A stretch of 32,000 nt of DNA, taken from Candidatus Scalindua sp. (GTDB lineage: Bacteria; Planctomycetota; Brocadiia; Brocadiales; Scalinduaceae). Made by a program: the position numbers and the translations under genes. Below, in pieces: positions 8,653 through 16,799 of this stretch (positions are counted from its first letter, which is position 1; each line of letters opens with the position of its first letter). Where the stretch lies: NCBI GenBank assembly GCA_031316235.1, contig JALDRA010000001.1, positions 3,390,001-3,422,000 on the forward strand, written 5' to 3'. The notes under the pieces are model-generated. The model searched no databases and had not been told where the DNA came from. It saw only the letters and a program-made list of their open reading frames with translations.

Positions 8653-9750
8653 TTAAAGTTGGATTGAAATTGAATTGGAAGTAATGGAATTTAAAATAGT
8701 AGCATCATCCGGTTTGTCACTGATTATTACGGTTCCCACTTTCGTAGGGAGTACAAATCTCAGTTTTCCTCCAATTGTTTTTTTGTCTTGGTACAATGTC
8801 CTGACTATATCATGAGGGTTTAATGCATGATAAGTAAGAGATAAGCCTAATCTTTTCAATAAGGTTTCCTGTCTTTCCAATACGGTCTCATCAGTAAGAT
8901 CCATGCTTATCGCGATCTTTGTGGCATATATCATGCCAATAGCAACGGCCTCTCCATGTCGATATTTTTTGAATGAAGTTAACGTTTCCAGTGCATGACC
9001 GATAGTGTGCCCGTAATTTAAGATTGCCCGTATTCCCTCTTCCTTCTCATCAATCTCCACAATTTCTGCTTTGTTCCTGCAGGAGTTGTAGACTATTTCT
9101 CCCAATGAGGTATCATCAAGTTCAAGTATTTGGGGGAGATGCGTTTCCAGGTATGCGAAAAAGCTCGGATCCCTGATCATTCCATATTTTATCACCTCAA
9201 CCATCCCTGCTACCATCTCTTCTTTTGGAAGTGTTTTGAGAGTGTCGGTATCAATAAAGACTGCCTTCGGCTGATAAAAACAGCCAATCATGTTCTTGCC
9301 TCTTGGATGATTTACGGCAACCTTTCCTCCTACACTGCTGTCAACTTGTGACAATAATGTTGTTGGTATCTGGACAAAGGGTACACCTCTCATAAAGGTG
9401 GCGGCTACAAAACCTGTTAAATCACCAATTACTCCACCACCCAAAGCGAAGATGGTTGATTTTCTATCAACTTTATGATCAAATAACGCTTCATACAGAT
9501 TTTGTGCCATCGTTATTGACTTTTTTTCCTCTCCAGGCTCGATGGAAACCAGCTTGACATCAAAATTGGTTTTCGACAGGCTCTCTAAGAGGGTTTTTGC
9601 ATACAAGGATTCTACCGTTGTATCGGTGACGACTACGGCTTTTCCTGGTTTGATAATCTTTGAGGTGAGTGTTCCCACCTGGCTGAGAATGCCTTTTTCA
9701 ATTACAACCTGGTAGCTGTATTTATCTAGATTTAACTGAACATTTTTCAT
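8653..9750 (-). CDS. aroB: 3-dehydroquinate synthase
   Basis: 365 aa with LGGGVIGDLTGFVAATFMRGVPFVQIPTTLLSQVDSSVGGK and metal-ligand His motifs (HTIGHALE). Confidence 0.93.
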   Translation of the reverse strand: MKNVQLNLDKYSYQVVIEKGILSQVGTLTSKIIKPGKAVVVTDTTVESLYAKTLLESLSKTNFDVKLVSIEPGEEKKSITMAQNLYEALFDHKVDRKSTIFALGGGVIGDLTGFVAATFMRGVPFVQIPTTLLSQVDSSVGGKVAVNHPRGKNMIGCFYQPKAVFIDTDTLKTLPKEEMVAGMVEVIKYGMIRDPSFFAYLETHLPQILELDDTSLGEIVYNSCRNKAEIVEIDEKEEGIRAILNYGHTIGHALETLTSFKKYRHGEAVAIGMIYATKIAISMDLTDETVLERQETLLKRLGLSLTYHALNPHDIVRTLYQDKKTIGGKLRFVLPTKVGTVIISDKPDDATILNSITSNSISIQL

Positions 9751-9764
9751 AGAGTAAGTTTGTA

Positions 9765-9805
9765 AGCTATGTTGATTTCTTTGTCAAGAAAAAATCAGCA
9801 TAGCT
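9765..9805. promoter_or_regulatory. 14-bp inverted repeat in the divergent aroB/folC intergenic region (candidate operator)
   Basis: AGCTATGTTGATTT (9765-9778) pairs with AAATCAGCATAGCT (9792-9805) with one G-T pair. The central part contains TTGTCA. Confidence 0.3.
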
Positions 9806-9847
9806 GCCGGAACCGATCCCTATGGCTGTATAAAGTAACAGGTATAT

Positions 9848-11203
9848 ATGGAACAGAGAAATTATTTAACCACGTATGAAGAGGCCGTAGAGTTTCTGTT
9901 GCAGGCGGTTGATTACGAAAGGTTGACAAATTATAAATATGATTTGATAAACTTTAACCTCAAGAGGATGGAGGAAATATTATCAGTAGGGCACGACCCT
10001 CACGAAAAGGGGCTGTATGTCCATGTAACCGGCACAAAAGGGAAGGGCTCTGTCTCAATAATGATTGCCTCAGCCTTGCAGGGTATGGGATACAAAACAG
10101 GTCTTTTTACTTCGCCACATCTTGTGTGTCTTGAAGAGCGGATCAAGGTAAACAACAGGATGGTATCACAAGAGATGATTGTGAAACTGGTGAATGAGCT
10201 TAAACCCTATATTGAGAGAAAAAGAACCGAAGATTACAATCTCTCTCCAACCTTTTTTGAAACAATAACGGCGATGGCACTCGTCTATTTTGAACGTGAA
10301 AAGGCAGACATTTCGGTACTGGAGGTAGGGTTGGGTGGGAGACTGGATGCCACAAATATTATTTCTCCTCTCGTTTCTGTTATAACGACCATTGGTTATG
10401 ATCATACCGATAAGTTGGGGCATACACTTGAAAGTATAGCAGGTGAAAAGGCCGGTATAATTAAGGAGGGGAAACCTGTAGTCTCTTCTCTCCAGGAACA
10501 CGAAGCGTTATCTGTTATTTCAAGAGTTTGCAGGGAAAAACAGTCTCGTTTATGTCTGATTGGAAAAGATGTTTTAATAAGAGATGTAAGGAAAGTGAGG
10601 AGAAACGGGTCATACGGGACAGAATGTACCATCAGTTCATGGAGTAGGGAGTATAAGGACATTTTTTTACCGCTGGTTGGGGTTCATCAGGTTGGGAACT
10701 GTGCTACTGCAATAGGAGCCCTGGAGGTTCTGGAGGACAGTGGTCAGCTGAAAATAAATCATGAAGAGGTTCGTGATGCGTTTTTAAAGATGAAGCTGCC
10801 GGCAAGAATCGAGATAGTTTCAAGAGAACCTCTTATTATCCTGGATACAGCTCACACCGTTGATTCAATGAAAGCCCTGAAAGAGGCGTTAAATGAGAAT
10901 TTCAGTTTTGACAAGCTGGTGCTATTATTAGGACTATCGGGAGATAAGGATCTTGAAGGTGTCCTGCGTGAGATAACGACTGTTGCAGATGAGCTGGTTT
11001 TGACGAGGACCGGTAATCCGAGAGAAGCAGAACCGAAACAATTAGCTGCTATTGCTAAAAAGTTTTTCCGCAAAGAACCGATAGTGATAGAAAATATTGG
11101 TGATGCATTAAAAGAGACAATGAAGATTGCTGAGATGAAATCCCTGATATGTGTAACTGGTTCTTTCTATCTGGCAGGTAACGTGAAAAAGATACTGAAG
11201 TAG
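9848..11203 (+). CDS. folC: bifunctional folylpolyglutamate synthase / dihydrofolate synthase
   Basis: 451 aa with the Mur-ligase-type P-loop VHVTGTKGKGSV, and ITTIGYDHTDKLG. Confidence 0.9.
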   Translation: MEQRNYLTTYEEAVEFLLQAVDYERLTNYKYDLINFNLKRMEEILSVGHDPHEKGLYVHVTGTKGKGSVSIMIASALQGMGYKTGLFTSPHLVCLEERIKVNNRMVSQEMIVKLVNELKPYIERKRTEDYNLSPTFFETITAMALVYFEREKADISVLEVGLGGRLDATNIISPLVSVITTIGYDHTDKLGHTLESIAGEKAGIIKEGKPVVSSLQEHEALSVISRVCREKQSRLCLIGKDVLIRDVRKVRRNGSYGTECTISSWSREYKDIFLPLVGVHQVGNCATAIGALEVLEDSGQLKINHEEVRDAFLKMKLPARIEIVSREPLIILDTAHTVDSMKALKEALNENFSFDKLVLLLGLSGDKDLEGVLREITTVADELVLTRTGNPREAEPKQLAAIAKKFFRKEPIVIENIGDALKETMKIAEMKSLICVTGSFYLAGNVKKILK

Positions 11204-11247
11204 CTTATGTTCTCTCTACCTCTACCATAAATCAGTGATGCAGTGTT

Positions 11248-11811
11248 TTATTTAAAAAGAGAGAAGTCTACCTCATATTTTTCTGTTCCAAAATCTTTTT
11301 GAACAATAACTGTGGTCTGCGCATTCAGTGAGATTTCTGAATAGGGAAAACTGGCAACGATAAAGAGCGCTTTGTGCTGAGGGTCTTTTTTTCCCATTTT
11401 CGGTTTTTTCATGGCTTTTGGTTCGATAACCCTTGAATCCTGCATTAATAGTATTTTATAGACATCCTCTCCGCCACGATAGCTTATCTCCAGGGTGTCT
11501 GAATCCAGAATAGTGTTAACATCTTCATCGGTTAATTTCTTTTTTGCCCTTACTTTCATGGCGGATATAATGGTCACGCGGATAAGCTTGCTTTTTATTA
11601 TTCCCCCACTGAAGTCTGGCCATTTTCCGAACGTAGCGGGTTTTACAAGTTCTGATTCGAAGATGTTTTCTGCGTGAGTTTCTCCGTATCTGATTACTTC
11701 GTCAATCTGCTCCTGTGAAGGATTCCTTTCAATACCCTCTGAGGTACTTGAAAGAGCCACAGACAGAGCAGATACGATAGTGAAGACTAAAAGACTCCAT
11801 TTTTTCGCCAT
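11248..11811 (-). CDS. hypothetical secreted protein
   Basis: The start was moved to the ATG at 11811, which is preceded by AGGAG. It has a signal-like N-terminus (MAKKWSLLVFTIVSALSVALSS). I recognise no family. Confidence 0.55.
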   Translation of the reverse strand: MAKKWSLLVFTIVSALSVALSSTSEGIERNPSQEQIDEVIRYGETHAENIFESELVKPATFGKWPDFSGGIIKSKLIRVTIISAMKVRAKKKLTDEDVNTILDSDTLEISYRGGEDVYKILLMQDSRVIEPKAMKKPKMGKKDPQHKALFIVASFPYSEISLNAQTTVIVQKDFGTEKYEVDFSLFK

Positions 11812-11980
11812 TGCCCCTCTCCTAAAAATTAATTTTTTATTACAAAAAGGTACGCCTTGTAAGTCATACCAAGACCTGTAAATGGAGTCTATCACTTTTA
11901 CAATAAAGTGTCAATCGCAGAAGCTCTCTCCCTGCGAAACCGGGAACAGCAAATTGATGAGAAATCGGTTTCATTTTCCC

Positions 11981-12009
11981 TTGACACAGATTTCTTGTAA
12001 AGTTAGAAT
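11981..12009 (+). promoter_or_regulatory. candidate sigma70-type promoter (TTGACA-17 nt-TAGAAT)
   Basis: Consensus -35 TTGACA at 11981-11986 and TAGAAT at 12004-12009 with a 17-nt spacer. The next plus-strand CDS starts about 440 nt downstream. Confidence 0.45.
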
Positions 12010-12272
12010 TAAAAAATATTATTTTATAAGTACTTACGGAAATGTTGAGGTATATACTTCATTCGTTTTGTAAGTAAAAAGGTTTGAATTAATAAGTGGG
12101 TAGTGTGTATCTCCAGTGTTATTACTCCTGCCAGACCTTTTCCGTATGAGTGCGTTCGTAAGTCATTCTTTACTTTATGAGGTATTTTTAGGGCTGCCCC
12201 CCGATAAAAAACACGACTGGCACGCTCTTCGGAATGACTATCGAGTTGATGTGACCGGTTTGTCTGGTCAAG

Positions 12273-12384
12273 TATACTCATCTCATACTGGATTTCGGAT
12301 AAAATCCGAGATAAAATTGAGCGAGTATACCTTCACCAAGATTTGGTTTCCGGTAAAACCGAAAACCAAATCGGTTTTAGTATA
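12273..12384 (+). mobile_element. MITE-like structured repeat, copy 3 (112-nt short form, used here as the type copy)
   Basis: TA-TACTCATCTCATACTGGATTTCGG ... CCGAAAACCAAATCGGTTTTAGTA-TA. It has a left hairpin TCGGAT-AAA-ATCCGA and a right hairpin of about 13 bp. Confidence 0.88.
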
Positions 12385-12445
12385 TCTATTGATAAATGTA
12401 GATTCTTGAACCTTATAGGAGATCTGTTGTACATTACCTGTTATT

Positions 12446-13300
12446 ATGAATGAAGAACTTTCCAAAAGGGGGCCATTTAAGAGTATTCTTTATTTTCCTC
12501 TCTTTTTTGACATACCCCTCATAAATATTTTTCTTTTTGTTGTCACAATATTTTCTACGTACTATATCAATGGACTTAGTTATGCAGTTTCTATTATCAT
12601 TATTCTGCTTGCGCATGAAATGGGACATTTCATCATGTGCAGAAAATATCATGTAGATGCAACATGGCCGTACTTTATTCCATTTCCTTCTCTCTTTGGT
12701 ACACTGGGCGCCGTTATCAGGATGAAGGGGCATATACCTGACAAGCGTGCCCTGTTTGATATTGGGGTTGCCGGCCCCATCGGAGGCTTAATCTTTGCAA
12801 TCCCGGTTACCATAATAGGACTCTCTCTTTCAGAGGTGCATCCTGTCCCGCAAACTGCAACAGGTTACATCGGATTGGGAGAACCTATACTCTTTTCCTT
12901 TTTTTCAAAGATGTTGATTGGAGAGGTTTCACCGGGATACGATATTTACCTGAGTCCCGTTGCCTTTGCAGGATGGGCAGGCCTGTTTATCACAGCCCTC
13001 AATCTCCTTCCCCTGGGACAGCTTGATGGTGGGCATGTTATTTATGCAATGTTGGGGGAACACAGTACAAAAGTGTACAAGACAGGTATTTTACTATTTT
13101 GTCTTTTTACCATTTATCTTATTGTTCGATATCATAATCCTGTCTGGTTTGTCTTTGCGATTATGCTTTTATTTATCGGTTTTAAACATCCCCCACCAAT
13201 TGATCCGTATACACAGCTGGATTTCAAGCGTAAGTGCATCGGTGTTCTGATGCTCGTTATCTTTTTGCTGTCTTTTACGCCAATCCCCCTCAAGTTTTGA
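12446..13300 (+). CDS. M50-family site-2 metalloprotease (membrane protein)
   Basis: 284 aa, polytopic, with HEMGH (HExxH) and the second motif NLLPLGQLDGGH. Confidence 0.88.
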   Translation: MNEELSKRGPFKSILYFPLFFDIPLINIFLFVVTIFSTYYINGLSYAVSIIIILLAHEMGHFIMCRKYHVDATWPYFIPFPSLFGTLGAVIRMKGHIPDKRALFDIGVAGPIGGLIFAIPVTIIGLSLSEVHPVPQTATGYIGLGEPILFSFFSKMLIGEVSPGYDIYLSPVAFAGWAGLFITALNLLPLGQLDGGHVIYAMLGEHSTKVYKTGILLFCLFTIYLIVRYHNPVWFVFAIMLLFIGFKHPPPIDPYTQLDFKRKCIGVLMLVIFLLSFTPIPLKF

Positions 13301-13321
13301 AATGAGTTTTGTCTGTTTTCT

Positions 13322-13366
13322 GTGACTAGGGTGCAGGAAAAAACAACTTGTTGTTCACGCCTGGGC
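13322..13366 (+). repeat. 45-nt hairpin repeat, copy A
   Basis: GTGACTAGGGTGCAGGAAAAAACAACTTGTTGTTCACGCCTGGGC matches the reverse complement of 18849-18893 at about 38 of 45 positions. Confidence 0.7.
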
Positions 13367-13444
13367 CCTTAGTCTCCAAGCCAACATTTTCCTGCTCTTT
13401 TTGACGGGAGATTGTCACCTGAGAGGCGGTAGCTGCGTTTTTTC

Positions 13445-13556
13445 TCTACTCATCTCATACTGGATTTCGGATAAAATCCGAGATAACTTTGAGCGAGTAT
13501 ACCTTCACCAGGATTTGGTTTCGGGTAAAAACGAAAACCAGATTGGTTTTAGTATC
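13445..13556 (+). mobile_element. MITE-like structured repeat, copy 4 (short form, flanked by TC instead of TA)
   Basis: Same sequence as copy 3 with a few substitutions. The dinucleotide on both sides of TACT...AGTA is TC. Confidence 0.85.
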
Positions 13557-13616
13557 TGAGTGTGTTCGTTAGTATGTTTCTACTTTTATAGGTACGGCGG
13601 TAAGTGATAAAAGGCA

Positions 13617-14693
13617 ATGAAGAAAAAGGTTGTAGTGGCAATGAGCGGAGGTGTTGACAGCAGCGTTGCCGCTCATTTCTTGGTAGAACAGGGATATGAG
13701 GTAATTGGTCTGTTCATGCGTCTCGGTAATGTTGAAGTGAATGATTGTGTTGATGAGAAGAGGGCAACGTGCTGCAGTGCGGAGGATGCCAGAGATGCGG
13801 CAAATGTTGCAGCATCTCTCAACATTCCATTCTATATCATAAACTTCGAAGAGGAATTTAATAGTATTATCGAGTATTTCTGCAAAGAGTATCTGGAAGG
13901 AAAAACCCCGAACCCCTGTATTACCTGCAATCAGAAACTTAAGTTTGGGAAATTTCTTAAATATGCCCAGTATCTCGATGCCAGTTATGTTGCCACAGGG
14001 CATTATGCGAGAGTAGAGAGACACAATGATAGATATGTATTGAAGAAGGGGAGAGATGCAAGGAAAGATCAGTCTTACGTGCTCTTTCCTCTTACCCAGG
14101 AGCAGCTGGCATATGCCCTGTTTCCACTTGGTGAATTAACCAAGACCGAGGTTCGTGAAAAGGCAGAGGAGTTAAACCTGAAAACGAAAGATAAACCTGA
14201 AAGTCAGGAGATCTGCTTCGTGACAGGCAACCGGTATAGTGACCTGATTGCTGAAAGAGTAAACTCTCAAATCGGCAGGGGGGAAGTGAAAGATACCGGA
14301 GGAAAGATCCTGGGCAGACATGAGGGTATTCATAATTTTACGATTGGGCAGAGAAAGGGATTAGGCATTGCATTTGACAAACCAAGATATGTGGTTGACA
14401 TTGATCCCGTACAGAACGTTATAACGATTGGTACTGCTGAAGAGCTTTTTAAGGATACGTTTACGGTCTGTGATGTGAACTGGATCATGTTTGAAAGCCT
14501 GGATACTGAGTTGCGAGCAGCAGTAAAAATACGATACCAGAATAATGAATCTCCAGCCATACTTTATCCTCTTGGGCAGAATCGTGTAAAAGTTGTGTTT
14601 GATACGCCACAGCGGGCTATAGCGCCCGGACAGGCCGCTGTATTTTATGATCGAGATCTAATTGTGGGTGGTGGGTGGATTGAGAGGGATTGA
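13617..14693 (+). CDS. mnmA: tRNA 2-thiouridine(34) synthase
   Basis: 358 aa with the PP-loop VVVAMSGGVDSSVAA and conserved catalytic Cys regions (NPCITCN; ESQEICF). Confidence 0.93.
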   Translation: MKKKVVVAMSGGVDSSVAAHFLVEQGYEVIGLFMRLGNVEVNDCVDEKRATCCSAEDARDAANVAASLNIPFYIINFEEEFNSIIEYFCKEYLEGKTPNPCITCNQKLKFGKFLKYAQYLDASYVATGHYARVERHNDRYVLKKGRDARKDQSYVLFPLTQEQLAYALFPLGELTKTEVREKAEELNLKTKDKPESQEICFVTGNRYSDLIAERVNSQIGRGEVKDTGGKILGRHEGIHNFTIGQRKGLGIAFDKPRYVVDIDPVQNVITIGTAEELFKDTFTVCDVNWIMFESLDTELRAAVKIRYQNNESPAILYPLGQNRVKVVFDTPQRAIAPGQAAVFYDRDLIVGGGWIERD

Positions 14694-14751
14694 CGGATCG
14701 CTATTACCCCTAAGCTCGGAGTCATGAGTCTGGAATTCTGAGGAATTAGAG

Positions 14752-14913
14752 GTGAGTGAGGATAGATTTGATTTTGAGAACCTTAAGTTCTGCCGGAAGT
14801 CTCTGGAGTCTGTCGGTTTTGTGTATGAGATTACAAAAGATTTTCCTGGAGAAGAGATATTTTCTCTAACTGACAGCGTAAGACAGTTTATTTTAAGGCC
14901 ATTATCACCGTAA
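14752..14913 (+). pseudogene. truncated four-helix-bundle protein (23S rRNA intervening-sequence protein family) fragment
   Basis: A GTG-initiated 53-codon frame gives SEDRFDFENLKFCRKSLESVGFVYEITKDFPGEEIFSLTDSVRQ. This matches the N-terminal part of a family that is normally about 115-125 aa. It is absent from the ORF track because of its size and start codon. Confidence 0.6.
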
Positions 14914-14929
14914 TATACCATTACAGCTT

Positions 14930-16681
14930 ATGAATATGACAATTTTAGACGAGGTAACAAGGTTCCTGGAAAAAGTGTCAGGTTATATCTGGAGTATGCC
15001 TCTGGTCATCTTACTGGTGGGGACAGGTGTCTATTTCAGCTTCAGGCTGATATTCCCGCAATTGAGAAAGATTGGACACAGCATAGCTATTACCAGAGGT
15101 AAATATGATAATCCGGCAGATGCTGGTGATATAACTCATTTTCAGGCACTGTGTGCCGCACTTTCTGCAACGGTCGGTGTTGGTAACATTGCCGGTGTTG
15201 CGATCGCCATACATACTGGTGGCCCAGGAGCACTTTTTTGGATGTGGGTGGCAGCCTTTTTTGGTATGGTTACCAAGTATGCAGAATGCACACTTTCACA
15301 AAAGTACCGTGTAGTTCATGGCGACGGTACCGTAAGTGGTGGTCCAATGTATTATATAGAAAAGGGTTTGGGCAGCAATTTCAAGTGGCTGGCTATCCTG
15401 TTTGCTGCATGTGGTCTTGTGGCCACCTTTGGGGGCGGTAATATGGTACAGTCCAATTCAATGACCATTGCCTTCGTCGATCATTTTGCCACACAAAAAT
15501 ATTATGAAGAGACACCATTGTCTGTATTACATAAAGGAAAGACTATTGACAGAGTTGATGGTGTAGATCTTTTCATAGACGTAAGGGATGGAAGGTCACT
15601 GGCTATTGATGTCACAGAAGATGAGACGGTTGGGGATTTTTTGCATAACATCAACAACCATCCGGATAATTCACCAAAGTTTGTTTCGGCACAGATCGCC
15701 ATGGGCAATGCTCGAATTGAGATCATAGATCTGACTCAGGGTGACCATCAGTTTATGCTGAAGTCTCCCGGTGGCGTTAAAGTATTGAAAGAGCTGGGAT
15801 TTATTGATAATAAAGGTGCTCTCACAAAATCGAATGATACAAAGGTGGCTACGTTTGTCCCTGAAAGAATACTTTTGAGGTCTATTATCGGGATTATCAT
15901 CTCTCTGGTTGTCGGACTCGTCATAATCGGTGGTATCAGGAGGATCGGGAAGGTTGCCGGCAAGCTTGTCCCCTTTATGTCTTCCATCTATGTGGCTGGT
16001 GCACTCTTTATCATATGCTGCCACTTTACCCAGATACCTCATGCATTTGGTCTGATTTTCAAGCATGCATTTACGCCTACCTCGGCAATTGGTGGTTTTG
16101 CGGGTGCTACGGTTTTATATACGATCACGTGGGGCGTAAGGAGGGCGGCGTTTTCCAATGAGGCGGGTCTGGGAAGCGCCCCGATAGCCCATGCCGCAGC
16201 AAAGACAACAGAGCCGGTGCGGGAGGGGCTCGTCGCAATGCTGGGACCATTGATTGACACCATCGTAATCTGCTCCATGACGGCACTCGTAATTATCATA
16301 ACGGGAGAGTGGAAGAGCGATGCCGATTCCTCAGTATTGACAAAAAATGCCTTCAATTCAGGGATACCCTACTTTGGCGGTTCCATTGTATCGATTGGCC
16401 TGATCCTGTTTGCTGTTTCAACGGCCATAAGCTGGTCGTACTATGGTGACCGTTGTGCAGAATATCTATTTGGAAAAGGTGCTATAATCCCCTATCGCTG
16501 GGTATATGTTGCCGCCATTTTTGTGGGTGCGGTAATGAAACTAGAGTTTGTCTGGAATTTTTCCGATATCACGTTAGGTCTTATGGCATTACCGAACCTT
16601 ATTGCCATTATTGCTTTGAGCGGGGTGGTGGTAAGTCTGACAAAGGATTATTTTTCTCGCAGGCATACTCGATTCAAGTAG
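14930..16681 (+). CDS. alanine/glycine:cation (sodium) symporter, AGCS family, with a large internal insertion
   Basis: 583 aa with ITHFQALCAALSATVGVGNIAGVA, GGPGALFWMW and NEAGLGSAPIAHAAAKT. A hydrophilic segment of about 125 aa (roughly nt 15488-15868) interrupts the usual short loop. Confidence 0.88.
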   Translation: MNMTILDEVTRFLEKVSGYIWSMPLVILLVGTGVYFSFRLIFPQLRKIGHSIAITRGKYDNPADAGDITHFQALCAALSATVGVGNIAGVAIAIHTGGPGALFWMWVAAFFGMVTKYAECTLSQKYRVVHGDGTVSGGPMYYIEKGLGSNFKWLAILFAACGLVATFGGGNMVQSNSMTIAFVDHFATQKYYEETPLSVLHKGKTIDRVDGVDLFIDVRDGRSLAIDVTEDETVGDFLHNINNHPDNSPKFVSAQIAMGNARIEIIDLTQGDHQFMLKSPGGVKVLKELGFIDNKGALTKSNDTKVATFVPERILLRSIIGIIISLVVGLVIIGGIRRIGKVAGKLVPFMSSIYVAGALFIICCHFTQIPHAFGLIFKHAFTPTSAIGGFAGATVLYTITWGVRRAAFSNEAGLGSAPIAHAAAKTTEPVREGLVAMLGPLIDTIVICSMTALVIIITGEWKSDADSSVLTKNAFNSGIPYFGGSIVSIGLILFAVSTAISWSYYGDRCAEYLFGKGAIIPYRWVYVAAIFVGAVMKLEFVWNFSDITLGLMALPNLIAIIALSGVVVSLTKDYFSRRHTRFK

Positions 16682-16686
16682 TATTA

Positions 16687-16798
16687 TATACTCATCTTAT
16701 AATGGTTTTCGGTTTTACCGGAAATAAAATCTTGGTGAAGGTATACTCGCTCAATTTTAACTCGGATTTTATCCGAAAACCATTACGAGATGAGTATA
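16687..16798 (-). mobile_element. MITE-like structured repeat, copy 5 (112 nt, TIR subtype)
   Basis: The termini TATACTCATCTTATAATGGTTTTCGG and CCGAAAACCATTACGAGATGAGTATA form a 24/26 inverted repeat. The internal sequence is the reverse complement of copy 3. Confidence 0.88.
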
Positions 16799-16799
16799 C

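Noticed and set aside
12385-13616. An identical 61-nt distance from the repeat's conserved terminus to the next start codon at copies 3 and 4 (counting copy 4 only to AGTAT at 13555, without its TC flank), considered as evidence for a conserved repeat-borne promoter or leader.
   Set aside because: The two 61-nt segments share only a short TTATAGG string and are otherwise unrelated. The equal spacing looks coincidental.
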